From positions 21,276 to 85,275 of the forward strand of contig JBKDWF010000055.1 of the NCBI GenBank assembly GCA_046338525.1: DNA of 64,000 bases. Reading direction: 5' to 3'. Numbering within the stretch: the first letter of the stretch is position 1; each line of letters starts with the position of its first letter. The notes beneath the pieces are model-generated. The model was not told where the DNA came from. It saw only the letters and a program-made list of their open reading frames with translations, and did not search any database. The DNA is from Holosporales bacterium (GTDB lineage Bacteria > Pseudomonadota > Alphaproteobacteria > JAJTHO01). The position numbers and the translations under genes are program-made. Shown one piece after another: positions 18,901-28,462 of this stretch.

Positions 18901-20740
18901 CATGAATCCATGCCCGGGTAGAATGATCAGCAGCCTTAATTTCATAAGCATCCTCGCCCATAGTTCGAAAACCGATATTTTCTAAAATAGGCAGCACACG
19001 ATATAAGGGCAGAGCATTATCCAAAGAAAAAATACGAATGCTATATTGTCCATGCCCCCGCTCTGGCGCGGCGACAAGGCGCACGTGAATCCGCTCATCC
19101 GCATAAAGCATCGCCAGCGCTTGAGTATCGGCGGCGGCAATCGCTGGGGTTGAGGCCTCTTGATACGATAGAGGGAAACCTTGCCCAAACCGGGCGTGTA
19201 GAGCCGTTGCAACATTACTTATACACGCACTATCGAGAGCCTGACGAAGGCTTTCCGTCCAACCATTAATGATTTCATTCAGACGTTGTTCCAACGCGGC
19301 ATGATCAATGGCAGGTCTAGCTTTTGGGTTCACTGCAAAAACAAAATTGATTCGCGCCAACGGTGATTCTTCCACTTGGCCGTTACTAACCCTTACCGCC
19401 CCGGCAACAGCATTAGCCAGCAATACTTCAATACGCCGCAAGACATCCTGACTAAATTTCTCCCGTGGCAGGTACACTAGCGCACTCACCGTATGCTCCC
19501 ACGGAGCGGTGTGCAAGAATAAGGCAATTCGTGGGCGTTCCTGCAACCGCAGGACATTGGTGCTCAGACGAAAAAGCTCATCCTTGTCAAGCTGATAAAT
19601 ATCATCCCTTGGCAGGGTTTTAAGAATATGGAGCAATACCTTACCGTCGTGACCATTGGGATCGAGACCCGACCTCTCCATCACATAACGAGCTTTATGA
19701 CGCAGGAACGGAATTTCTTCGGGGCTTTCCTGATACGCACTGGAGGTAAACAAACCGACAATCCGTAGCTCACCCACCAACCGCGACCGCTCATCAAACA
19801 CTTTCAAAGTAATAACATCCAGCGGAACCGCCCGATGCACGAGAGAAATAGCCTTGGCTTTTGCCACGTGAAGCAACTGCGGCTTGGTAAGAAAAAGCTG
19901 AATATCAATAGGCAACGTCTCGGCAGATTCTTCCTCAGCGTCAATAAACAATTGAGAATCGTGCTGACGCAAAATTCCCAAACCATCGCCATTAGGAATA
20001 ATACGCAGGCTGGCTCCATAAGGATCATGATAATGCCTAGCCTGAACCCCCAGCAGGGTAAAGTGATCGGCAAGAAGCCACTCCAAAAAAGCCACTGTCT
20101 CAGCATGTTCTTCGGGCTGCACTGGCGACTCATGGCGGCGGAGAAGATCGATATGCTGCCGCACTAGAGCCTGCATCGCCGGCCAATCTGTCGTGGCCAA
20201 GGTCACTGCAGCCAGCACCTGTCGCACCCCGTCCAGCAAGCTCTTCCTAGCCATCTCATCTTGGGGAACCTTGAGGTAAATCAACATCGCCGATACCACA
20301 TCCGCACTTTCCTCAGCAGGATGGATTCCGGAAAAACGCTGCAACTTAATGATATTATTATTTTCCCGAACAACAAGCACCACAGGATGAGCAATGAAAT
20401 CAATACTTAACCCCTGGCGCGCAATAGCCGCCGTTACCGAACTTACCAGAAAGGGGCGATCCTCATTAAGAAGCAACAACGCCACCCGACCAGGCTGCAA
20501 ACTGTCCCGCAGAACAACAAGCGGTTGCCGATCGCGCTTATCCACCAAAGCCCGCCACAATGCCCCAACATCCTCGGCAAATGCCGCTGACCGCAAAGAA
20601 TGCCTATCTTCAGCAGCAACATCACTTAAAAAAAGATCAAGAAACTGTCGCTCCAGTCCAGTGGGCACACCTTCATTAAGGGTTTCCCAAGAAGCCATTG
20701 AAAGATTAATAGAGGATACGTTCTTTACGGTGATAGTCAT
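15938..20740 (-). CDS. NAD-specific glutamate dehydrogenase, large (~180 kDa) GdhB/GdhZ type
   Basis: 1600 aa; Bac_GDH signature ([43 protein letters not shown]) and ELFHV dehydrogenase core. Confidence 0.9.
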   Translation of the reverse strand: [1600 protein letters not shown]

Positions 20741-20807
20741 AGCCCTGAAGAAATCAGGCGAAGAGAGACGACTGTCAACTGCAAAATCGTCTTCATAAAA
20801 GACCCAA

Positions 20808-21938
20808 CTATTCCGTCAAATCCTTCCAAACGCCTTTGAGTTTCTCAAAAAACCCTTCCGACTTGGGACTAACATTCCGGCCATCCGCCAATGATCGAAA
20901 TTCCTCAAGAATTTCACGCTGCCGAGCATTAAGATTCACCGGGGTTTCCACTTGAAAATCTATATAGGTGTCGCCGCGGCTTTGTTGACGCAAAATAGTC
21001 ATGCCTTTGCCACGCAAGCGAACCCGGTGGCCCGATTGAGTACCTTGGGGTACCTGCACCGACAGGCGGGCACCATCAATACCGGCAATTTCCACGGTGC
21101 CGCCCAACGCCGCCGTCCAAACCGGAAGTGGCACCACGCACAGCAGCGTGCTGCCCTCCCGATGAAACAACGCATGTTCAGTCACATGCACAAAAAGATA
21201 TAAATCCCCCGACGACGCGCCCCGCAACCCGGCCTCACCTTCTTTGGCAAGACGAATACGGGTACCATCCTCCACCCCCGCCGGAATGTTTACTTCCAGC
21301 GTGCGTTCTTTATAGACTCGTCCCTCACCGTGACAGGTAAGGCACGGGTGCTCAATCATCGAACCGGTACCATTGCACACCGTGCATGTACGCTCCAACG
21401 TAAAAAATCCCTGCTGTACCCGAACTCTACCGTGGCCTTTACACGCAGAGCATCGCACAGCACTGCTTCCCGCCTTGCTACCAGTGCCATGGCAATCGCC
21501 GCAGGGCATGGGGGCACCAAAATGAATCGTGGTGGTTTTACCCGCAAAGGCTTCCTCTAAAGAAACCTGCACGTCGTACCGAATATCCGCCCCACGCCCC
21601 GCGCCGGCCTGGGGCTGCCCGCCGCCCATGCCGCCCATAAAATCGCCAAAGATTTCTTCAAAAATATCGGAAAAGCCCTGATGCCCTCGGCCATGCCCCT
21701 GACCAGCTCCGCCTTGAGTAAAGGCTGCGTGACCATAGCGATCATAGGCGGCACGTTTTTGCTCATCTTTCAGCACATCATACGCTTGGCTAATTTCCTT
21801 GAATTTGTGTTCAGCCGCCTTGTCCCCGGGATTTTTGTCGGGATGATACTGCATCGCCAGTTTGCGGTAGGCCTTCTTGAGATCATCAGCAGTGGCATTT
21901 TTAGCCACGCCTAAGGTTTTGTAAAAATCATTACTCAT
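20808..21938 (-). CDS. dnaJ: Molecular chaperone DnaJ
   Basis: J domain with HPD (YHPDKNPGD); G/F-rich linker; four CxxCxGxG zinc-finger repeats; DnaJ C-terminal domain. Confidence 0.9.
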   Translation of the reverse strand: MSNDFYKTLGVAKNATADDLKKAYRKLAMQYHPDKNPGDKAAEHKFKEISQAYDVLKDEQKRAAYDRYGHAAFTQGGAGQGHGRGHQGFSDIFEEIFGDFMGGMGGGQPQAGAGRGADIRYDVQVSLEEAFAGKTTTIHFGAPMPCGDCHGTGSKAGSSAVRCSACKGHGRVRVQQGFFTLERTCTVCNGTGSMIEHPCLTCHGEGRVYKERTLEVNIPAGVEDGTRIRLAKEGEAGLRGASSGDLYLFVHVTEHALFHREGSTLLCVVPLPVWTAALGGTVEIAGIDGARLSVQVPQGTQSGHRVRLRGKGMTILRQQSRGDTYIDFQVETPVNLNARQREILEEFRSLADGRNVSPKSEGFFEKLKGVWKDLTE

Positions 21939-21998
21939 GGGACGAGGCGTATAGCAGAGATAGTTGTGAAAATCTACTGCTTGCCGTAAGCTTTACCG

Positions 21999-22709
21999 AT
22001 GCCGTTATGGACTGCCGCCATTCTAACCTTATTTCCGGAAATGTTCCCCGGTGTTTTGGGGGCGTCCCTAGCCGAAAAAGCTAAAGACAAAGGTCTTTGG
22101 AACTTAGAGATTTATAATATTAGAGATTTCACCACCGATAAACACCATACCGTGGACGATACCCCCTACGGCGGCGGGGCGGGAATGGTCTTCAAGCCTG
22201 ATGTGGTGGCCAACGCTCTGGATGCTATTTTAGAACAACATCCCGAACGAAAAACTTGGCCAAAAGTCTACCTAAGCCCCCGGGGCACCCCCCTTAACCA
22301 AGTGACGGTAAACACTTTTGCGGCAAAGCCCGGCATTATTTTACTGTGTGGCCGCTATGAAGGGGTTGACCAACGGGTTTTAGAGGCTTATGAAATGACG
22401 GAAGTTAGTCTCGGTGATTACATTCTGGCGGGTGGCGAAGTGGCTGCTCAGGTCGTTTGTGAAGCTGTGGTACGGCTTCTCCCCGGTGCAGTAGGCGATC
22501 CGGCAACCCATACAGAGGAGTCCTTTTCCTCAGGGTTGCTTGAATACCCTCACTACACCAAACCACCTGTGTGGCGGGGGGTAGAGGTTCCTGCGGTCTT
22601 GCGGGGAGGAAACCATGCGGCGATTGCCGCTTGGCGACATCGGCAAGCTGAAGATATAACCCTTGCTCGGCGTCCCGATCTGTGGCGGCGCTGGCAAGAA
22701 AAGAAGTAA
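21999..22709 (+). CDS. trmD: tRNA (guanine37-N1)-methyltransferase TrmD
   Basis: SPOUT-fold TrmD motifs ([30 protein letters not shown]). Confidence 0.9.
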   Translation: MPLWTAAILTLFPEMFPGVLGASLAEKAKDKGLWNLEIYNIRDFTTDKHHTVDDTPYGGGAGMVFKPDVVANALDAILEQHPERKTWPKVYLSPRGTPLNQVTVNTFAAKPGIILLCGRYEGVDQRVLEAYEMTEVSLGDYILAGGEVAAQVVCEAVVRLLPGAVGDPATHTEESFSSGLLEYPHYTKPPVWRGVEVPAVLRGGNHAAIAAWRHRQAEDITLARRPDLWRRWQEKK

Positions 22710-22732
22710 CACGTTATTTTAGGATCACGATC

Positions 22733-23146
22733 ATGAATTTGCTCCAGCGCCTTGAACAAGAACACCTCGACGCTCTTTCCGCTAAAGGGAAGCACATCGA
22801 TTTCGCCCCCGGCGATACAGTGCGGGTTAACGTAAAGATCGTCGAAGGCGAGCGTGAGCGGATTCAAGCCTATGAAGGCATTTGTATTGCCCGCAAAAAT
22901 GCCGGACTGCAATCCACCTTTACTGTCCGGAAAATCTCGTACGGTGAAGGTGTTGAGCGCGTATTCCCCCTGTACAGCCCCCGGGTGGACAGCATCGAAC
23001 TCGTCCGTCGTGGCCAAGTTCGCCGGGCAAAACTTTATTACATGCGCGCCCTGCGCGGTAAAAAAGCCCGCATTAAAGAGCGTACCACGGGCGTGGGCAT
23101 GGCCAACGGCAGGCCGATTTCCGTAAAAGCTGCTACAGAAGCCTAA
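22733..23146 (+). CDS. rplS: 50S ribosomal protein L19 (start placed at MNLLQ)
   Basis: L19 signature ([40 protein letters not shown]); trmD-rplS order conserved. Confidence 0.9.
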   Translation: MNLLQRLEQEHLDALSAKGKHIDFAPGDTVRVNVKIVEGERERIQAYEGICIARKNAGLQSTFTVRKISYGEGVERVFPLYSPRVDSIELVRRGQVRRAKLYYMRALRGKKARIKERTTGVGMANGRPISVKAATEA

Positions 23147-23168
23147 TACACCCATTCTCTAGGGGCTC

Positions 23169-23621
23169 TTGATGACAAAACCCCAAACTTCTGTAAACCG
23201 GATTATCGGTGTCCTCAACGGACCAAACCTCAATTTACTCGGCACCCGTGAAACAGCAATTTATGGATCGCTGACGTTAGAAGGGATTAAGGCACTCTGC
23301 GCGGAAACAGCTAAAGACACCGGCTATGCCATTGATTTTCGCCAATCCAACAGCGAAGGGGAATTGGTCAACGCCATTCAAGAGATGGTCAATACCACCA
23401 GCGGCCTAGTCATCAACCCAGCCGCCTATACCCACACCTCCGTAGCTATTCTTGATGCCCTGCGGGCTTACCCTCACCAAGTGATCGAGGTTCATCTCTC
23501 CAATATCTACCAGCGGGAGGAGTTTCGCCGTCATTCCTATGTGTCCTTACGAGCCGACGGTGTTATCAGCGGCTTAGGCGGGACGGGGTATAGGTTGGCG
23601 ATACTGGCGTTGGTGCGTTAA
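23169..23621 (+). CDS. aroQ: 3-dehydroquinate dehydratase, type II
   Basis: Type II DHQase motifs (ILNGPNLNLLGTRE, GLVINPAAYTHTSVAI, HLSNI). Confidence 0.9.
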   Translation: MMTKPQTSVNRIIGVLNGPNLNLLGTRETAIYGSLTLEGIKALCAETAKDTGYAIDFRQSNSEGELVNAIQEMVNTTSGLVINPAAYTHTSVAILDALRAYPHQVIEVHLSNIYQREEFRRHSYVSLRADGVISGLGGTGYRLAILALVR

Positions 23622-23631
23622 GAAAAAAAGC

Positions 23632-23739
23632 CTTATACCATTTTGCAATCACTTGATTGCAAAATTCTTCGCTCAAACGCCGCGCGGGCTTGCCGCTTTG
23701 CGTAAATATTTTCTACATATTGAACGCAAAGCGGTATTA
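23632..23739 (+). repeat. MITE-like 108-bp dispersed element, copy A (TWATACC terminal inverted repeats; internal palindromes CATTTTGCAATCA-CT-TGATTGCAAAATG and GCTTTGCGT-N20-ACGCAAAGC)
   Basis: ~105/108 identity to copy B at 43065..43172 and reverse-complement match to copy C at 46313..46420; its last 3 nt supply the stop codon of the ferredoxin gene. Confidence 0.8.
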
Positions 23740-24006
23740 CAAACCCGCCACCAATTTATCCACATCTTCATGCGTGCGCACCGTTATCCATTGTCCCGTC
23801 GGGTAATCCACCACCGTCACCCCCATAGCACAGCGATCGAGGCATCCAGCCCGGTTGATACGAACGCCTTTGATACCCTTCTCTTTCACTTGAGCTTTGC
23901 AGTAATCAAACAGAGCCTCCGCCCCCTTGCTAGCACAACAGCCTTGCGGGGCATCGTCTTGGCGACGATTAAGACAGAAAAAAACATGATGTTTCAGGGT
24001 TGTCAT
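23737..24006 (-). CDS. Thioredoxin-like [2Fe-2S] ferredoxin (start MTTLK overlaps glmU stop as ATGA)
   Basis: Four Cys in CxxxxC...C..C arrangement (FFCLNRRQDD...GCCAS, AGCLDRCAMG) typical of thioredoxin-like 2Fe-2S ferredoxins. Confidence 0.6.
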   Translation of the reverse strand: MTTLKHHVFFCLNRRQDDAPQGCCASKGAEALFDYCKAQVKEKGIKGVRINRAGCLDRCAMGVTVVDYPTGQWITVRTHEDVDKLVAGL

Positions 24007-25298
24007 GCTTTCTTTTTCCATCCCGAAATAATTTTCTGTACCGCTCGGGCAATACCCAACGCGCCGCTAGGCACATCTTTGGTAATGACGCTGCCCGCAC
24101 CTACAGTGGCTCCATCGCCGACAGAAACAGGAGCCACTAAGGCCGTATTGGAACCGATGAAAGCATTTGCACCCACCGTTGTGCGATGCTTTTTCGCGCC
24201 ATCATAGTTGCAAGTAATCGTTCCCGCGCCAATATTTGCGCCGGCACCAATGATGGCATCGCCTAGGTAACTCAGGTGGTTTGCCTTAGCCCCGGCCCCT
24301 AGGACGGCATTTTTTATCTCGACAAAATTACCAGCATGAGCATCTTCAGCAAGAACAGCCCCAGGCCTCAAACGGGCATACGGCCCCACCACAGCATTTC
24401 GACCGACACGAGCCTGTTCCAAATGCGAAAATGCCCGCACCCGCGCCCCGGCCTCCAACACCACGCCGTTGCCCAGCACCACAAACGGCTCAATAGTAAC
24501 ATCAGCGGCGCATACCAGATCAGCGGACAGCCACACCGTCTCCGGCGCAGGCATCGTCACCCCATCCTCTAGCAGATGATGCCGCATCCGGCGCTGGAAA
24601 ATCGCCTCAGCCACGGCCAGTTCAGCACGGCTGTTCACCCCCAGCACATCCTCCGGATCGGATGCCCGCACTGCGGCGGCTCCATACCCGGCTTGCACCA
24701 CCAGACTAACCGTATCTGTCAAATAATACTCGCCTTTGGCGTTTTTGTTGGATAATTTTGGCAGCACCTGAATCAAGGCATCACGACGAAAAGCCATAAT
24801 CCCAGCATTGCACAACCGAATAGCCCGCTGTTCCGCCGTCGCATCGGCATATTCTATAATCCCCAACAGCCGCGCTCCATCGGTATACAGGCGGCCATAC
24901 TGAGCCGGATCGGCAGGCTCAAACCCCAACGCAGCAACACAACTATGATCCAATGCCTGTAACAGTTTCTGCATCGTGGCAATAGTCAGCAACGGCGTAT
25001 CGCCGTATAACACTAAAACATTTGCTCCCTTACTAGGTGCCTGTGCCAACGCCGTTTGCACCGCATGGCCGGTTCCCAAACGTTCTCGCTGCACCACTGT
25101 TCGCACCCCATCCGGCAGAGGATGGGCAAAATCCTCGGCCACTACCACAGTAATACTGGCCGGGTTTAGTTGCGCCGCGGCATGCAAAACATGATCGAGC
25201 AACGCTCGCCCTGCCAATAAATGTAGCACTTTTGGTAAGGCCGAGCGCATCCGTGTGCCCTTGCCGGCGGCCAAAATAACGATATCCGTTGCCGTCAT
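24003..25298 (-). CDS. glmU: Bifunctional UDP-N-acetylglucosamine pyrophosphorylase / glucosamine-1-phosphate N-acetyltransferase GlmU
   Basis: N-terminal LAAGKGTRM nucleotidyltransferase motif; C-terminal left-handed beta-helix hexapeptide repeats. Confidence 0.9.
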   Translation of the reverse strand: MTATDIVILAAGKGTRMRSALPKVLHLLAGRALLDHVLHAAAQLNPASITVVVAEDFAHPLPDGVRTVVQRERLGTGHAVQTALAQAPSKGANVLVLYGDTPLLTIATMQKLLQALDHSCVAALGFEPADPAQYGRLYTDGARLLGIIEYADATAEQRAIRLCNAGIMAFRRDALIQVLPKLSNKNAKGEYYLTDTVSLVVQAGYGAAAVRASDPEDVLGVNSRAELAVAEAIFQRRMRHHLLEDGVTMPAPETVWLSADLVCAADVTIEPFVVLGNGVVLEAGARVRAFSHLEQARVGRNAVVGPYARLRPGAVLAEDAHAGNFVEIKNAVLGAGAKANHLSYLGDAIIGAGANIGAGTITCNYDGAKKHRTTVGANAFIGSNTALVAPVSVGDGATVGAGSVITKDVPSGALGIARAVQKIISGWKKKA

Positions 25299-27208
25299 GG
25301 AATGGCCGTCGCCGTTTGCAACTGGGCTATCGCCTCGACCTTAGCCAAAACCTGTTGTCCTTCAGCACCAAGACGACGCACAGCCACGGTTTGCTGAGCC
25401 ACCTCATTCTTGCCCACCGCCCAAATAAACGGGGTTTTGGTCAGGGAATGCTCCCGCACCTTGTAGTTTATTTTCTCATTACGGCTGTCCACCGTCACAC
25501 CAATTTCTTGTTCGCGCAAGGCGGCGGCCAATTCTTCCGCGTATTCTTTTGCTTCGTCTGTAATGGTCGCAATAACCACCGGAACGGGGGAAAGCCACAA
25601 CGGCAAATGCCCTGCGGTATGTTCAATAAGAATACCCAAAAACCGCTCTAGAGAGCCGACAATCGCCCGGTGCAACATCACTGGATGCTGCTTGCTGCCG
25701 TCTTCGGCAACGTAGGTCGCGCCCAGACGCTTGGGCAGCACAAAATCACACTGGATGGTACCGCACTGCCAATCCCGCCCCAAGGCGTCGCGGAGGGCAA
25801 ACTCCAGCTTTGGCCCGTAAAAAGCCCCCTCCCCCGGGTTTAGGGTAAAGGTCAGCCCTGCCGCCAACGCAGCCTCTTTCAAAGCAGCTTCGGCCTTGTC
25901 CCAGTCGGCATCCTCCCCGGCTCGGGTGGCCGGGCGGTCGCTAAACTTCACATGAATATCGGTAAAGCCCAAATCTTTATAGACAGTCTTAAGCAGCTCA
26001 CAAAACGCCAGTGCCTCGGCGTTAATCTGCTCTTCCCGGCAGAAAATATGGGCATCGTCTTGGTGAAACGCCCGCACCCGCAACATCCCGTGCAGAGAAC
26101 CCGACGGTTCATTCCGGTGCAGGGTGTTAAACTCCGCCAGCCGCAATGGTAAATCCCGGTAGCTTTTAATACCCTGCTTAAAAATCTGCACATGCCCAGG
26201 GCAATTCATCGGCTTGACGGCAAAGGTACGGGATTCGCTTTCACAGCAAAACATGTTCTTCGCGCCAAACTTGTCCCAGTGCCCGGATTTTTCCCAGAAA
26301 CTGCGGTCGAGTAGCAGCGGCGTGGAAACCTCATCATACCCGGCCTTATTCATTTTCCGGCGCAAGTAATGTTGCAATGTCTGGTACAGTTTCCATCCTT
26401 TAGGGTGCCAGAAAATACTCCCCGGGGCTTCTTCTTGAAAATGAAACAGACCCATCTCTCGCCCTAGGCGGCGGTGATCGCGCTTTTCAGCTTCCTCCAG
26501 CATTTTTAGGTAATTCTTGAGCTGCTCATCGGTTGCCCAAGCGGTGCCGTAAATACGCTGCAACTGCGGCTTTGTCGCATCGCCGCGCCAGTAGGCCCCG
26601 GCTAGACGCATCAACTTAAAAGCGTTGCCCAGTTTAGCCGTATTCGGCAAATGCGGACCACGGCACAAGTCAATAAAGTTTCCCTGCCGATACAGGGTAA
26701 TCTCGGCGTCTTCGGGGAGGTCTTGGACGATTTCCACCTTAAACGTCTCACCCATGCTGCGGAACAGGGCGATAGCTTCGTCCCGGCTCCATACCTCGCG
26801 GACGATGTCTTCATTACGGCTGACAATCTCCCGCATCCGCTGTTCAATTTTTGGCAGGTCATCGAGGGTAAAGGGTTCTTCCCGGTAAAAATCGTAGTAG
26901 AAACCATTGTCAATGGCCGGGCCGATGGTAACTTGAGTGCCGGGAAATAACTCCTGCACCGCCTCGGCCATGACGTGGGCGGCATCATGGCGCAAAACCT
27001 CCAGCGCTTCCGGAGCATCTTTGGTCAAAATCTCCAGCGTTGCGTCGTTTTTTATTGGGCGACCTAAATCCCACAGCGCGCCGTTCACCCGCGCCGCGAT
27101 GGCATTTTTCGCCAGGGATTTGCTCAAAGCCGCCGCCACCGCGCCGGGCGTGGTATCGGGCGCCACCGTTTTGGTCGCACCGTCGGGAAAGGTTAAAACA
27201 ATCGTCAT
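25295..27208 (-). CDS. thrS: Threonyl-tRNA synthetase
   Basis: TGS domain N-terminus, class II aaRS core motifs, C-terminal anticodon-binding domain; 637 aa; start overlaps glmU. Confidence 0.95.
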   Translation of the reverse strand: MTIVLTFPDGATKTVAPDTTPGAVAAALSKSLAKNAIAARVNGALWDLGRPIKNDATLEILTKDAPEALEVLRHDAAHVMAEAVQELFPGTQVTIGPAIDNGFYYDFYREEPFTLDDLPKIEQRMREIVSRNEDIVREVWSRDEAIALFRSMGETFKVEIVQDLPEDAEITLYRQGNFIDLCRGPHLPNTAKLGNAFKLMRLAGAYWRGDATKPQLQRIYGTAWATDEQLKNYLKMLEEAEKRDHRRLGREMGLFHFQEEAPGSIFWHPKGWKLYQTLQHYLRRKMNKAGYDEVSTPLLLDRSFWEKSGHWDKFGAKNMFCCESESRTFAVKPMNCPGHVQIFKQGIKSYRDLPLRLAEFNTLHRNEPSGSLHGMLRVRAFHQDDAHIFCREEQINAEALAFCELLKTVYKDLGFTDIHVKFSDRPATRAGEDADWDKAEAALKEAALAAGLTFTLNPGEGAFYGPKLEFALRDALGRDWQCGTIQCDFVLPKRLGATYVAEDGSKQHPVMLHRAIVGSLERFLGILIEHTAGHLPLWLSPVPVVIATITDEAKEYAEELAAALREQEIGVTVDSRNEKINYKVREHSLTKTPFIWAVGKNEVAQQTVAVRRLGAEGQQVLAKVEAIAQLQTATAIP

Positions 27209-27285
27209 GCCAATGCAGCCTTTAATCGGGGGTCATAAGGCCAGAAATTGGGAAGGGTTGCAAGCCTCTCCTAAAAAGCCTCCCC

Positions 27286-28452
27286 CTATACTGACCGCCG
27301 CGCCACAACACTCGTGCCCATGGCATGACCAGTAAACAACTCGCCCAAGGGCGGTAGAGCGTCCACCACCCGCAGAGCCGCACGTCGTCCAGCGCGCACA
27401 ATAAAATTCTGCGACGAAAAAACAGCATTAATCCCGTGGGTTGCCGTTGACATCAGGGCTCTATCGGCGGCGCGGCGGTGCTCATAGCGGCGCAGCACCT
27501 CTTCACTACCCGGGTCTATACCTAGGTGCATAGCCTCCCCTACAATAGCCGCTAAGGCCGCCCCATCCCGCAACCCCAAATTCAAGCCCTGCCCTGCCAA
27601 CGGGTGCAACCGGTGCCCGGCATCGCCAACAGCAGCAAAACGCGGCGCGGTCAACCGGGGCAACACCCGGCGTTGCAGGGGATAGAGCACCCGCTCGGTT
27701 TCCATCACCAGACGGCCAACAAACATATCCCCGGCGGCACGGTGCAATGCCTCTTCAAACCAGCTTTTTTCCAACGCCGCAAACGCCCGCGCCCGCTTAG
27801 GCGTATCCGTCCAGACTAGAGCAGAGTACTTACCCAGCATGGGGAGCAACGCTATAGGTCCCTTGGGCGTGAATAATTCAAGGGCTGTATTGTGATGAGC
27901 ATGAGGGTGACTAAGCACCGCCACCAACGCCATTTGACCATAATCGTGCACCTCCGGGTACAACCCTGCTGCGGCGGCGGCTTTTGATCCCCGGCCATCG
28001 GCGGCAATGAGCAACGGGGTGCGGCGCCCTTCTGCCGCCACATAACCCGGCGTCCATTCAATATTGGTCAGCGGCCTGTTGTAATGGACTTTAACACCCC
28101 GTTCCGCCAACGCTGCATCTAATGCCCGTTGCAAGGCATCGCTAGTGACAATCACCCCCATGGGAGCCTCCGCCGCTTTGGCCTGAAAACGGGTGGCGGC
28201 GCGGCTGCCTTTTTCCGCAACAATAATCCGTTGAATAGGGCTAGCGTTGCCTACTAATGCAGACCAAACACCGAGTTTTTGTAAATACTCTACACTCCCG
28301 GCATTAAGAGCCACCGTGCGCGGATCAAGAGCAGCCAAGGGTGCCCCCAACGGAGAACGTGCTTCCAGCACTTCCACCTCAATGCCCCGCTGGATAAAGT
28401 CCAGAGCCAAACTTGCCCCCACCGGGCCACCGCCAGCAATCATAATCGTCAT
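27286..28452 (-). CDS. UbiH/UbiF/Coq6-family FAD-dependent ubiquinone biosynthesis hydroxylase (start placed at MTIMIAGGGPVG)
   Basis: GxGxxG FAD-binding N-terminus and DAAH/GQG motifs of flavin monooxygenases; a leaves 10-nt gap to rodA. Confidence 0.8.
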   Translation of the reverse strand: MTIMIAGGGPVGASLALDFIQRGIEVEVLEARSPLGAPLAALDPRTVALNAGSVEYLQKLGVWSALVGNASPIQRIIVAEKGSRAATRFQAKAAEAPMGVIVTSDALQRALDAALAERGVKVHYNRPLTNIEWTPGYVAAEGRRTPLLIAADGRGSKAAAAAGLYPEVHDYGQMALVAVLSHPHAHHNTALELFTPKGPIALLPMLGKYSALVWTDTPKRARAFAALEKSWFEEALHRAAGDMFVGRLVMETERVLYPLQRRVLPRLTAPRFAAVGDAGHRLHPLAGQGLNLGLRDGAALAAIVGEAMHLGIDPGSEEVLRRYEHRRAADRALMSTATHGINAVFSSQNFIVRAGRRAALRVVDALPPLGELFTGHAMGTSVVARRSV

Positions 28453-28462
28453 GAGCAACCGC

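Noticed and set aside
17189-20167. Small ORFs on both strands inside the NAD-GDH gene
   Set aside because: They are embedded in a 1600-aa gene with unambiguous homology and are not independent genes.
21939-21998. Sigma32-type heat-shock promoter upstream of dnaJ
   Set aside because: No convincing CTTGAAA-N13-15-CCCCATnT match is visible in the 60-nt divergent interval. I cannot support a call.
23653-24207. 184-aa plus-strand ORF overlapping the ferredoxin gene and MITE copy A
   Set aside because: It lies antisense to a well-supported ferredoxin and glmU 3' region and reads through the repeat element. It has no recognisable motifs and is most likely a spurious frame.
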